Notes: a model not told the origin generated them from the sequence alone. Positions 1 to 9,016 are shown, counted from the stretch's first letter. The stretch: 60,942 nt of DNA from Promethearchaeota archaeon (GCA_048938895.1 JBHLLU010000023.1:2147-63088), one strand, 5' to 3'. Numbers and translations: made by a program.

Positions 1-888
1 AAGCGAAACAGAACTCCGAGATCATCATGAAATAGAATTCCAAAAAGACTGTCATCATGATGAATTTTACAATGGAACACTCCTGCATCGAATGAAACTC
101 CATAGTAAGAGATATTATCTCTTAGCTCTACTCTTTCTGTTCCACCAGATTTATAAACTGCGACATGGTTCTGTTGAATATCGACTAAATTATCAACATT
201 AGAAGTTCCGCTTCCTACCGGTTCAATAACACTTAATGTAAGTCCTGTTGGATCCTGACCAACTATATCTTCTTCAAAATCGTAATGGTGCAATAGGGTT
301 AAATCTGGAGCAGTAATTTTTGGTTTATAAATATAGAACTCGATATCATCAACTCTGAAGTACCCATTCCCACCACCACTAAATGCTGAACACCATTGAA
401 TCCATTCTAGTCCTCCTGAACCACCATGCTCAAATGGATATGTATACCCGTCTCCAAATCTTACTCCATCTATTTCAAACATCCATCCTAAGGAAATATT
501 GAAATATACAACTACATCATACCACTGAGAATAATTATAATAGGTATATGTTGTCATGGGACTCCACCGTCCTATAATGCCATCATACCAGTCTAAGCGA
601 AACAGAACTCCGAGATCATCATGAAATAGAATTCCAAAAAGACTGTCATCATGATGAATTTTACAATGGAATATTCCTGCATCAAACGAAAACCCATAGT
701 AAGAGATGTTGTCTCTTAGTTCTACTCTTTCTGTTCCACCAGATTTATATACTGCGACATGGTTTTGTTGAGAATCTGCCAGATTGTCAATATTGGCAGT
801 CCCACTACCCACTGGCTCGATGACACTCAGAGTAACGCCTGAAGGATCTTGACCGACCGTGTCTCCTTCAAAATCATAAGAATGCAAA
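1..888. repeat. Intragenic tandem domain repeat, period 594 nt (198 codons)
   Basis: 1-77 is identical to 595-671 (aagcgaaacagaactccgag...acaatggaa); similarity continues with mostly synonymous differences to ~294/888. Confidence 0.9.
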
Positions 889-1043
889 AGACTTGTTATA
901 AAACCATTTGTTTTTGGAGATTCAATTTCTTTAGGTTCGATTTTACTGCCATCTTTTTCATTTAGTTGTGCAGAACTAAAACAACAAAAGCAAATAATAA
1001 ATGCAATTCCTAAAGTTATGTAGGTTTTTTTTAGATTATTCAA
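1..1043 (-). CDS. Secreted/surface protein with tandem ~198-aa beta-rich (LamG/concanavalin-like) repeats; runs off the window edge (3' partial)
   Basis: Not in the ORF track. TTG at 1043 after AGGTGA SD; open frame to base 1: MNNLKKTYITLGIAFIIAFCCFSS (signal/anchor), then LLHSYDFEGDTVGQDPSG...YFRVDDIEFY, repeated as LLHHYDFEEDIVGQDPTG. Confidence 0.8.
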   Translation of the reverse strand, partial: MNNLKKTYITLGIAFIICFCCFSSAQLNEKDGSKIEPKEIESPKTNGFITSLLHSYDFEGDTVGQDPSGVTLSVIEPVGSGTANIDNLADSQQNHVAVYKSGGTERVELRDNISYYGFSFDAGIFHCKIHHDDSLFGILFHDDLGVLFRLDWYDGIIGRWSPMTTYTYYNYSQWYDVVVYFNISLGWMFEIDGVRFGDGYTYPFEHGGSGGLEWIQWCSAFSGGGNGYFRVDDIEFYIYKPKITAPDLTLLHHYDFEEDIVGQDPTGLTLSVIEPVGSGTSNVDNLVDIQQNHVAVYKSGGTERVELRDNISYYGVSFDAGVFHCKIHHDDSLFGILFHDDLGVLFR

Positions 1044-1228
1044 TTTATTTCACCTAATTAGGTTTCATTTACATTTAAGAAATACATAAATTTAAACTCA
1101 TATAGACCAAATTTTTACAAAAACCAAACAATAGATTATTTTTAATGGTTTACTTATCATCTAAGTCTCTTTGTATTTATAAAGGGGTTTTTATGCTTAC
1201 TTTTTAAATATAAGAAGGTAGTATCTTT

Positions 1229-1729
1229 ATGGCTATAACCAAACCTGTTCATGATTCAAATATACCTTCTTATGAAGAAACTAAAGGAATAACATTTATT
1301 TGTCCTGTTTGTAAATCTGAGAAAGTATTACAATTTCCTAAATCTGTGATTGCTCAAGCGAAAGGCCTAACTACAATGTCTATAGCAAAAGGTTTGGTTT
1401 GCGGGCATCAGTTTCAAGCTTTTGTCGATAAGAATTATGTGGTTCGCGGGTATCAAAGAGTAGATTTCGAATTTGAAAAAAAATTACAGACCAAGGATTC
1501 TAAAGTAGAAGACAATGAACTTTTTGAAAATTTAACATTAGAAGGAAATTTCCTTGAGTATAATCCTAGTCAGAAATTGAATAATCACATCAAAAAAAGC
1601 CAAAATAATCAATTATCTTCAGAAGATAAAAAATTAACTCTAAAGGAAATTTACAATGAATTTTGGGAATTCATTGATGAGGATAATTCTGTATTTCAAA
1701 AATATATAAAAAATGATGTAAGAAGATAA
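1229..1729 (+). CDS. Zn-ribbon-containing hypothetical protein
   Basis: CPVC...CGH motif followed by FQAFVDKNYVVRGYQ; no function recognised. Confidence 0.6.
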   Translation: MAITKPVHDSNIPSYEETKGITFICPVCKSEKVLQFPKSVIAQAKGLTTMSIAKGLVCGHQFQAFVDKNYVVRGYQRVDFEFEKKLQTKDSKVEDNELFENLTLEGNFLEYNPSQKLNNHIKKSQNNQLSSEDKKLTLKEIYNEFWEFIDEDNSVFQKYIKNDVRR

Positions 1730-1737
1730 TAAAGATG

Positions 1738-1792
1738 TGGCAAGGGTGGGAATTCCCATAAAGCTCGAAAGGAACCTTATTTTTGAAACATG
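1738..1792 (-). repeat. Degenerate copy of the tRNA-Phe 3' end including the T-loop intron
   Basis: + strand tggcaagggtgggaattcccataaagctc...tttgaaacatg versus tRNA tggcaagagagggaattcccaaaaagctc...tttgaaccatg at 1917-1972. Confidence 0.8.
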
Positions 1793-1930
1793 CTTTGAAA
1801 GATAATAGAAAGGGATTTAAAACATCTAATAAGTATTTTGAAAGTGCTATAAATGATTTATGAATAAAATTAGAAAAATAATAGATTGTTGAAAGAAAAT
1901 AAATAAGCAGAGATTATGGCAAGAGAGGGA

Positions 1931-1961
1931 ATTCCCAAAAAGCTCTTAGGCGGGCTTTTCA
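1931..1961 (-). other. tRNA-Phe intron 4 (31 nt, T-loop, about position 59/60)
   Basis: Intron helix GAAAAGC/GCTTTTT, central helix TTCA/GGGA (one mismatch); removal restores the TTCAAAT T-loop. Confidence 0.8.
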
Positions 1962-1969
1962 TTTGAACC

Positions 1970-1999
1970 ATGTCGAAGACGGTTGAATCAATCGTCGTT
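1970..1999 (-). other. tRNA-Phe intron 3 (30 nt, T-stem, about position 51/52)
   Basis: Central helix ATCG/CGAC (one mismatch), intron helix GACG/CGTC; removal gives a perfect GAGGG/CCCTC T-stem. Confidence 0.8.
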
Positions 2000-2020
2000 C
2001 TCGATACCCAGATCTTCAGT

Positions 2021-2048
2021 TTCACCTTAATCGATCAATCCGATAAAT
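2021..2048 (-). other. tRNA-Phe intron 2 (28 nt, anticodon stem, about position 30/31)
   Basis: Central helix CACC/GGTG, bulges AGA and AAA, intron helix ATCG/CGAT. Confidence 0.85.
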
Positions 2049-2059
2049 CTGGTGCGTTC

Positions 2060-2100
2060 TTACCCATCAGTGGAAAAGCTCCAACGCTTTTTGCATGATA
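2060..2100 (-). other. tRNA-Phe intron 1 (41 nt, D-loop)
   Basis: Central helix GCCC/GGGT, bulges GGT and AAG, intron helix ATCA/TGAT. Confidence 0.85.
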
Positions 2101-2632
2101 CCGGGCTACGCCATCTTGCCATGCCAATGCTTTTTCTTATTTTTTTGATAAAAATAAAAATATTATCCCAAATAAGATACAAAATAAAGTTTAGAATCTC
2201 ATAAAAATATTTTTATCTTGAAAAATAGAATTATATAAGAAGGGATAAAATGAGTTAGTATATCTAATTAACAAACATATTGGTAAATAGGTGCTCTAAG
2301 AAGGGGTTATCCTTGATCTCAAGAATTTGGCTGGTCTTATACATCTCTAAATCCCTACCCAAAAATTTCATAAATTTTGAAAAAAAAAGAAGGTATTTTT
2401 TAAAATTATAATTCATACAACTTCATTTATATGTTTTCTTTTACGAAATTTAGAATGTCAGAAGAAATGTCAGAACCGTTCCACCATATTTGGATTATAG
2501 AAAAATCTGTTCCATAATATGTTTCATTGTAATTATTCAAAAATATATAATTATTTTGACAAATATATTTTATTACTCCTTTATCCACTTCTAATTCTTA
2601 TTGAGAGGGTAACGAAGGTCAAATTAATAGAA

Positions 2633-3313
2633 TTAGAGTAGAGTCAAGATTTCTGTGAATTTTTCAATTTTCAGTCCCTTCCAGTCTGCTTCAACGATAC
2701 GATATGGATCCATTTCACTTGGATCACGGATCATAACAGCATCCATTCCTAGCTTAGAAGCTCCTTCGAGTTCATTACTATCGCCATCTCCTAGGAAGAG
2801 ACATTCCGTTGGCTCAATTCTTAATTGTTGGCATGCTAATTTATATATTTGGGCGTCAGGTTTCTTCAAGCCTACTGAAGCGGAAAATATGGTAGCATCG
2901 AATAAATTAGCAAATTTCGTTTTTTTCCACAAACGAGGTACTTCGGTAGAGCAATTAGTTATTAATCCTATCTTATAGCCTAAACCTCTTAGACTTTTTA
3001 AAATATCAACAGCTCCATTTTTAGGGGTTAAAGCTCTACGTGTGTTTTCCTGTCTAACTTGTTCACATTTTGTAATGCTTTCAGCGCTGACGGGAACCTT
3101 TAATTGATTACAAATATGTTTTATACTATTCTCGGTGGTTTTATATATCCCAACTGCGCGTTCATAAGTTGTGGCACGCCAAATTTCTGAAAAATCTTCA
3201 TAAGGTAATTCGAGGGCTGAAGCCATATCGGATAATAATCTATTGTATCCTTGGACTGAATAGCTATCAACTAGAGTACCAAATAGATCAAAAATAATAG
3301 CTTGATATTTCAT
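2633..3313 (-). CDS. HAD-superfamily hydrolase
   Basis: FDLFGTL motif I, ITN, KPD, GDGDSNEL. Confidence 0.85.
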   Translation of the reverse strand: MKYQAIIFDLFGTLVDSYSVQGYNRLLSDMASALELPYEDFSEIWRATTYERAVGIYKTTENSIKHICNQLKVPVSAESITKCEQVRQENTRRALTPKNGAVDILKSLRGLGYKIGLITNCSTEVPRLWKKTKFANLFDATIFSASVGLKKPDAQIYKLACQQLRIEPTECLFLGDGDSNELEGASKLGMDAVMIRDPSEMDPYRIVEADWKGLKIEKFTEILTLL

Positions 3314-3336
3314 TAGACTAACTATTGTTTCTTAAT

Positions 3337-4362
3337 TTATTTCACGATGTTTATAACAGCCCTTCCTGGAAATTTACTTTTTCTTATTTCCTCAAATACT
3401 TCACTAATTTCTGAAAGATCTGCAGTTCTACCGACATGAGTTTTAACTTTGCCTTCTACTGCTAGTTGAACTAATTCACTCATATCCTCGACAGTACCCG
3501 TTAAGGAGCCGGTTATTTGTAAATTTCTCATTATTACGTCAAATGGAGTTAATGACATCGATCCCTCACTGAAAGGTGGTAGGCCAACCCCGATTAGTGT
3601 TCCCCCCACTTTAAGTATTTTTATTCCAAGATTGTAGGCTGCAATATTAGCAGCGAATACAATGCTTGCTTGAACGCCCCCCAACTTTTCTTGTACGAAC
3701 TTTCCAACCTCATCAGCATCTATTGCATGATCAGCACCTAATTTCTTGATAAACTCCAATCTTTCAGAACTTTTATCAACTCCAATAACTTTATATCCAA
3801 AACTTTTTGCTATTTGCACAGCATAATGACCAAGACCCCCAGCAGCTCCAATGACGGCAATATTTTTATCAGGAGATACCTTGAGACGCTCAAGTTTTTT
3901 AATTGCTCGATATGCTGTTAAACCCCCACATGCCAAAGAAACTTCATTATCACTTAATTCGTCTGGGATTTTTACCAAAGATTTAGCCCATACGGAAATA
4001 TATTCACTAAATATACCGAAAATGGGTTTTCTTTCTGGACAATACATAGATTCGCCAGAAAGGCAATATTCACAGGTTCCACACCAATATCCACCTGTAC
4101 CACCAAGACCCAATATGACTCGATCACCTACTTTTATATCAGATTCCGAGTCTGGACCGAATTCCTCGACTATTCCGATTCCTTCATGTCCCAAGGGACG
4201 TGGAGTCGGTAATTGCATCCATTCTCCCATCACAACATGTAAGTCTGTATGACAAACACCTGCAGTTGTAATTTTTATTAGAGCTTCCCCACGTTCGGGA
4301 GAGGGTTTAGGAACGTCTATGATACTTACTTTTCCAATTTCTTGAAGTATTGCAGCTCGCAT
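3337..4362 (-). CDS. Zn-dependent alcohol dehydrogenase (MDR family, AdhP-like)
   Basis: GVCHTD, GHEG, CGTCEYC...C structural Zn site, GAAGGLG. Confidence 0.9.
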   Translation of the reverse strand: MRAAILQEIGKVSIIDVPKPSPERGEALIKITTAGVCHTDLHVVMGEWMQLPTPRPLGHEGIGIVEEFGPDSESDIKVGDRVILGLGGTGGYWCGTCEYCLSGESMYCPERKPIFGIFSEYISVWAKSLVKIPDELSDNEVSLACGGLTAYRAIKKLERLKVSPDKNIAVIGAAGGLGHYAVQIAKSFGYKVIGVDKSSERLEFIKKLGADHAIDADEVGKFVQEKLGGVQASIVFAANIAAYNLGIKILKVGGTLIGVGLPPFSEGSMSLTPFDVIMRNLQITGSLTGTVEDMSELVQLAVEGKVKTHVGRTADLSEISEVFEEIRKSKFPGRAVINIVK

Positions 4363-4468
4363 TTTACTTTTCTCATCTTTAAAATTTATTTGTTAAATAA
4401 TTATTTGAATTTTATATTTTAAATAACTTTTTCAAAATATTGTGAAGGTCCCTTGTGGTTTCAAGATT

Positions 4469-5173
4469 TTATTTCTTTAAAATTTGTGTTCTTTTTTCAT
4501 TAGGTAATTTTTCACTGCTATATCTAAGAATTAAGCGAGGGAGTCTTTTTTTATTGGTCATTAAGTAATTGAAAATCGCATCAGGATCAAATTTTGAACA
4601 AGTTTTTAGTAACCAACCAATTCCTTTCTGAATATAGTCTTCAGTGTAATTAAGCATCTTTTCAACTAATTTATACACATAATCTTTGTTGAATTCTTTT
4701 CTTATCATTACAATTTTAAGCAGAATTACCATTGATGCTCTTCTAACCCATATGCTTTCAGATTCTGACCACTTTTCAATAGTTATTTCTGCTAATTGCT
4801 GATTATTTTTTTTCCCAAGAAATGGACCAATAACTCTAATACAAAAACTATCGCAAAAAGCCCATGTATCACAGAAATCAGATATATGTTGCTCAAATAG
4901 ATTCATTGTTGCTTGATTAAAATTAGTTTTAAAGCGATTAAGAAAAAAAATACCTGCGAATTTCTCTTCATTAACATTAGAGCAGACTAAATTCTTACAG
5001 ACGGTAAGAGCATCCTCATAACTACATTTATATTTCTTGTATATTGATCTAACGATTTTTTCTATATCAGAAAGCTTATGACCATATCCAAAAAAATTCG
5101 GATTATTAGAGTTAAGAATTCTATTTCTTCGAATAATTTGGTCTGGTTTTAATTTTGGATCAGTCTTTTTCAA
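4469..5173 (-). CDS. DNA alkylation repair protein (AlkD-like)
   Basis: DTWAFCD, W..SE..WVRR, YIQKGIGWLLK. Confidence 0.8.
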   Translation of the reverse strand: MKKTDPKLKPDQIIRRNRILNSNNPNFFGYGHKLSDIEKIVRSIYKKYKCSYEDALTVCKNLVCSNVNEEKFAGIFFLNRFKTNFNQATMNLFEQHISDFCDTWAFCDSFCIRVIGPFLGKKNNQQLAEITIEKWSESESIWVRRASMVILLKIVMIRKEFNKDYVYKLVEKMLNYTEDYIQKGIGWLLKTCSKFDPDAIFNYLMTNKKRLPRLILRYSSEKLPNEKRTQILKK

Positions 5174-5205
5174 TTCTTCAATTATTTCTTGGGTTATTAC
5201 CTTTG

Positions 5206-6342
5206 TTAGAGAAATTCTTCTAATCCCCTTTTTTGTTTTAATTCCTTACCTTTTTCCAAATATGGCTTTACTATTTTAATAATTTCTGAATCAAAGTTTT
5301 TTAATGTATGCAAATCACCTCTATTATAAACGTCCAAGATGGATTCTTCCAAGTTGTTTAAGTATAATCCTGCCCACATCATATTTTTATTGGATTTTCC
5401 TGTTTTTAAGGAGTTCACGTATTCTTTATTTAACAAAATTTCTGAAATCTTGTAATTCCATTTGCGGTAATCAGAGGGGATCCATCTTTTTACTCGAACA
5501 TTAAGATTATATTTTTCACATAGTTTCAATAGTTTTGAATGGAGTTTTCTTACATAATGGCTAGGAGGATGGATTTGACCTTTATAAAGTTCAATCAGTG
5601 GTTTAATAATTGGTTTAAATTTACTATTTCTTAATTTTTTTAAGAAATATTCAGCTTGAGAATCACGTAGAGTTAAACCGGGTGAAAACAAAATAAAGTC
5701 AGCACCAGCGTTCTTTGATTGCCTTATCACCTCTTCTATATTATAATCATCATCAGCAAGAAAGGGAATAATTGGCATAAAATACGTCCCGACCTGAATT
5801 TTGGATGCCTGTTTTTTAATCAATTTTAAGGCAGCTAATCTTTGAGAGGGAGGTGACGAGTAAGGTTCTAAAAAGCTAGCAATTTCTTCGTTTATAGTAC
5901 TTACTGAAAATCCTACTGTGCACCATGTGTCTTCAGCAATATTACTTAAAATATCAATATCTCGAGTAATTAGGTTTGATTTAGTTGCTATATTAATTGG
6001 AAATTTATGTTTTGCAATGACCTGTAATACCTTTCTCGTTTGTTCAATTTGTTCTTCAATTGGTTGATAAGAATCATTAACTCCTCCCGCAGCAATAATA
6101 TCTGGTAAGAGGGTACGGGCTCTGTTCAGTCTTAAATCTAGTTTTTTATCAAAATCTTTTTTAATGATGACTTCATTTTCAAAATCTTCCAAATAATATC
6201 TAGTGCTTCGAGCGTCACAATAAATACAAGCATGAGCGCATCCAGAATAGGCATTAAGAGTGTATCGTGACCAGAACCATGAATCAGGATATTTTAATTT
6301 GTTTAAAACTGATTTGAATTCTTTATACCTATATTTTACCAT
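5206..6342 (-). CDS. Radical SAM protein, SplB/Rv2578c-like
   Basis: NAYSGCAHACIYCDA, DSYQPIE, TKS, LEP. Confidence 0.85.
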   Translation of the reverse strand: MVKYRYKEFKSVLNKLKYPDSWFWSRYTLNAYSGCAHACIYCDARSTRYYLEDFENEVIIKKDFDKKLDLRLNRARTLLPDIIAAGGVNDSYQPIEEQIEQTRKVLQVIAKHKFPINIATKSNLITRDIDILSNIAEDTWCTVGFSVSTINEEIASFLEPYSSPPSQRLAALKLIKKQASKIQVGTYFMPIIPFLADDDYNIEEVIRQSKNAGADFILFSPGLTLRDSQAEYFLKKLRNSKFKPIIKPLIELYKGQIHPPSHYVRKLHSKLLKLCEKYNLNVRVKRWIPSDYRKWNYKISEILLNKEYVNSLKTGKSNKNMMWAGLYLNNLEESILDVYNRGDLHTLKNFDSEIIKIVKPYLEKGKELKQKRGLEEFL

Positions 6343-6710
6343 GCTAGCAAAAGATTTTTTATGTTCTTATTATTAAATATCAAATCTTTACTGTTTTACA
6401 AAAAGTAAACCAGTTTAGTTATTTAATTTAACTGATAAAAATTGCACGTTTTCATTATAAAGTTAATAATTTAGATTATTGATATCTATCAGTATAAGTC
6501 AGAAAAATGGGAAAAAACGCCAGTAAAATTAAAAAGTGATCTAATATGGAAATGGAAAAAAATTTTGGCCGGCGTTTTTTCACATATAATATACAACTAT
6601 GTAAATTTATTTCTTTGGGTTTTAATACATAAATAAAGGCTTAAAAAAAAGATCGTGAAACCATTCTTTCACGAAATTATGCATTCTTGATCCCTTTAAA
6701 GAGAAGTAAA

Positions 6711-6782
6711 TGCGTCGCCCGGGAATCGAACCCGGGTCACTGGCTTGGAAGGCCAGAATCCTAACCCCTAGACTAGCGACGC
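6711..6782 (-). tRNA. tRNA-Gly(TCC), intronless
   Basis: GCGTCGC acceptor stem, CTGGC-CTTCCAA-GCCAG anticodon arm, CCGGG-TTCGATT-CCCGG T arm. Confidence 0.95.
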
Positions 6783-6808
6783 TTATAATGATAAAAAAAC
6801 ATCATTTC

Positions 6809-7504
6809 TTATAACTTTAGTGAAATTTTATTGTTTAACTCATAGTAGGTGATAATTTTATTTGTAACTATCCAAGCATCCAGTGGATAATGAGAAATTG
6901 AAATTATCTTTTTTGAAAGCGCAAGGATATCATCTGAGAAGTTACCTTTCTGAAATCCGCCTATAATTGCAACTGTATCTTTAGAAGCATCATTTAAGAA
7001 TATCTCATTATAATCAATTACTAATTCTCCTTTATGTGAAAAAAGAATAATATCTGGATTATTAAACGTACTAATTAAATCTTGTAAATTACTCTTTACT
7101 TCTGATATTAACTGATTTCCATTAATACCAATATTACTGTCGATCAAGAGCTTAGCCATTAATCCTTTGAACCTATTATAATTTCTAGCTATTCTTATAT
7201 CTGGATTGAACTCGAAAATTTTATTATTTATTGTATGCAAGTATATCCTAATATAACCGCATTTATTGAGAGGGGAACCCAATGCATTTAGTAAACACAA
7301 ATGAGAAATATCAGGACGTCCTCTTTTTTCCCTATTTTCCAAATTTTTCATCGCACTATGATGAAGGGCATTATCCAATAATTGAGAGGAATAAATATGT
7401 TCTGACAAATTTTTCCTAACCGCAGAATATTTTCTTATTTCTTTAGGGACTAATTCTATCCCACATTCTACAAAAATAATAAACAATGGCATAAAATAAT
7501 TCAC
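6809..7504 (-). CDS. nep1: SSU rRNA pseudouridine N1-methyltransferase Nep1/Emg1
   Basis: KRGRPDISHLCLL..LGSPLN, RNYNRFKGLM, IGGFQKG. Confidence 0.9.
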   Translation of the reverse strand: MNYFMPLFIIFVECGIELVPKEIRKYSAVRKNLSEHIYSSQLLDNALHHSAMKNLENREKRGRPDISHLCLLNALGSPLNKCGYIRIYLHTINNKIFEFNPDIRIARNYNRFKGLMAKLLIDSNIGINGNQLISEVKSNLQDLISTFNNPDIILFSHKGELVIDYNEIFLNDASKDTVAIIGGFQKGNFSDDILALSKKIISISHYPLDAWIVTNKIITYYELNNKISLKL

Positions 7505-7510
7505 TCGATA

Positions 7511-7831
7511 CTAAGTTTTAATAAAATATCTTGTTGTATTATTGCATTCAAAACAAGTTAAGGAAATATGAGATCCCCTTTTTTTATGTGAGTGAAGTCT
7601 TACTCTATAATTCACCCCAGGATATAAAAATTTTTTACATTTTCTGCATATTCGTTTTTTCCATCTATCGGGAATCTTAATTTTAGCTCTCTGAGCATAA
7701 CGTCTGGCTAAGTAAATATATCGATTTGCTAGTATATTATTACTATTAAATATTTCGTCAGCTCTCTGAAATAGGAAAATCATCCTATTATAGGCAATTT
7801 TTTTTATTATTGATTTACTAATTTTTGACAT
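7511..7831 (-). CDS. rnp4: RNase P protein component 4 (Rpp21)
   Basis: IAYNRM..LF, RY..LA, KRICRKC..FLYPG, TCFECN. Confidence 0.9.
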   Translation of the reverse strand: MSKISKSIIKKIAYNRMIFLFQRADEIFNSNNILANRYIYLARRYAQRAKIKIPDRWKKRICRKCKKFLYPGVNYRVRLHSHKKRGSHISLTCFECNNTTRYFIKT

Positions 7832-7855
7832 TTATTATCTATAAAATTGTTAATT

Positions 7856-8134
7856 TTATCTAACAGGATTTAAGGAGAGTATGAAAATTTTGCCTCTTAC
7901 ATCTAATAAATATGAATTTGTTAATTTTGAGACCCTCGCTGCTATTTCTTTAATATTTGATTTTGACGCAATTGTTTTTAATGCCTTGATTTTAATTACT
8001 TTATATCTTTTTAGTAATTTTGTAACATGTAGAATAAACTCTTCAGTTATTCCCTGCTTTCCCAATATACAATGTGGTTTTAATAATAAGGCTTTTTTAA
8101 ATTCTCTTTGATAATCCATTGTCTTAGAACTCAA
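7856..8134 (-). CDS. yhbY: YhbY/CRM-domain RNA-binding protein
   Basis: KP...LGKQGITE, VIKIK, VRGK..IL; adjacent to rnp4 and rps19e. Confidence 0.8.
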   Translation of the reverse strand: MSSKTMDYQREFKKALLLKPHCILGKQGITEEFILHVTKLLKRYKVIKIKALKTIASKSNIKEIAARVSKLTNSYLLDVRGKIFILSLNPVR

Positions 8135-8212
8135 GAATACAAAAATTTTTAATTTATTATAGCTTTAAGAACGTATTATATATTATAAAGAAATATTGAA
8201 TTAAAGATTAAC

Positions 8213-8638
8213 ATGTCTATATATGTCGTTCAACCAGAAAAACTCATTGAAGTAATTGCAGAAAAATTAAAGGAATTTCCTGAAATTTCACCTCCAAAAG
8301 GTTCTGAATTTTGGAAGACAGCATTTTTTAAAGAATTAGCCCCTAGTGATTCAGAAAACTTCTGGTATATTCGTTGTGCTTCATTGCTTAGAAAAGTAAG
8401 AAAATTTGGACCTATTGGTGTCAACAAGTTAAGAAAATTATATGGTGGAAGAAATAGAAGAAGTCAAGGGTTACATCATTCTGCCAGAGGAAGTGGAAAA
8501 ATTATAAGAGTAGCACTTCAACAATTAGAAAATGCTAAACTAATTGAAATAAAAGAAAAGAAAGGAAGAGTTCTGTCATCTGAGGGTACAAGTTTATTGG
8601 AAAGATCGGCATATGGAATTTTGAGAAGTAAAGAATAA
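8213..8638 (+). CDS. rps19e: Ribosomal protein eS19
   Basis: WYIRCASLLRK, GPIGVNKLRKLYGG, GSGKIIRVALQQLE. Confidence 0.95.
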   Translation: MSIYVVQPEKLIEVIAEKLKEFPEISPPKGSEFWKTAFFKELAPSDSENFWYIRCASLLRKVRKFGPIGVNKLRKLYGGRNRRSQGLHHSARGSGKIIRVALQQLENAKLIEIKEKKGRVLSSEGTSLLERSAYGILRSKE

Positions 8639-8674
8639 AAAAAAAAGTATAATATATTTGTTTGGGGGTTTAAA

Positions 8675-9016
8675 TTGAGCAACGACGACGAATTGGAAAA
8701 TATAAGAAGAAGAAAATTAGAAGAATTAAGACAACAAGCAGCACATCAACAAATCGCAGAAGCTCAACAACAAGAATTTGAAGAGAAGAAATATCTAATA
8801 ATGAGAAAAATTTTAAGCGTTGAAGGAAGACAAAGATTAGAAAATATAAGAATTGTCAAACCACAATTTGCTGAGCAAATAGAAATACAACTAATTCAAT
8901 TATATCAAAGCGGTAAGTTGAGAGGGGCCACCCCTTTACCTGATAAAGCATTTAAAAAGCTCCTAGAGCAAATATCAACATTGGAAAGGAAGAAGGAATT
9001 TAATATAAAAAAATAA
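8675..9016 (+). CDS. PDCD5-like DNA-binding protein
   Basis: DDELENIRRRKLEEL, RQRLENIRIVKPQFAEQIE; conserved position after rps19e. Confidence 0.9.
   Translation: MSNDDELENIRRRKLEELRQQAAHQQIAEAQQQEFEEKKYLIMRKILSVEGRQRLENIRIVKPQFAEQIEIQLIQLYQSGKLRGATPLPDKAFKKLLEQISTLERKKEFNIKK

Larger units (their letters stand above)
1917..2120 (-). tRNA. tRNA-Phe(GAA) interrupted by four BHB-type introns
   Basis: Removing 2060-2100, 2021-2048, 1970-1999 and 1931-1961 gives a 74-nt cloverleaf: GGCAAGA-TG-GCGT AGCCCGGGA ACGC-A-CCAGA CTGAAGA TCTGG-GTATC-GAGGG TTCAAAT CCCTC-TCTTGCC-A. Confidence 0.9.

Noticed and set aside
1-888. Repeat pair as a diversity-generating retroelement TR/VR
   Set aside because: Differences are mostly synonymous and not adenine-specific, both copies lie in one reading frame, and no reverse transcriptase is nearby
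4013-4030. CCCATTTTCGGT in the ADH gene resembling the intron core motif
   Set aside because: It is ordinary coding sequence (PIFG) with no insertion or BHB around it
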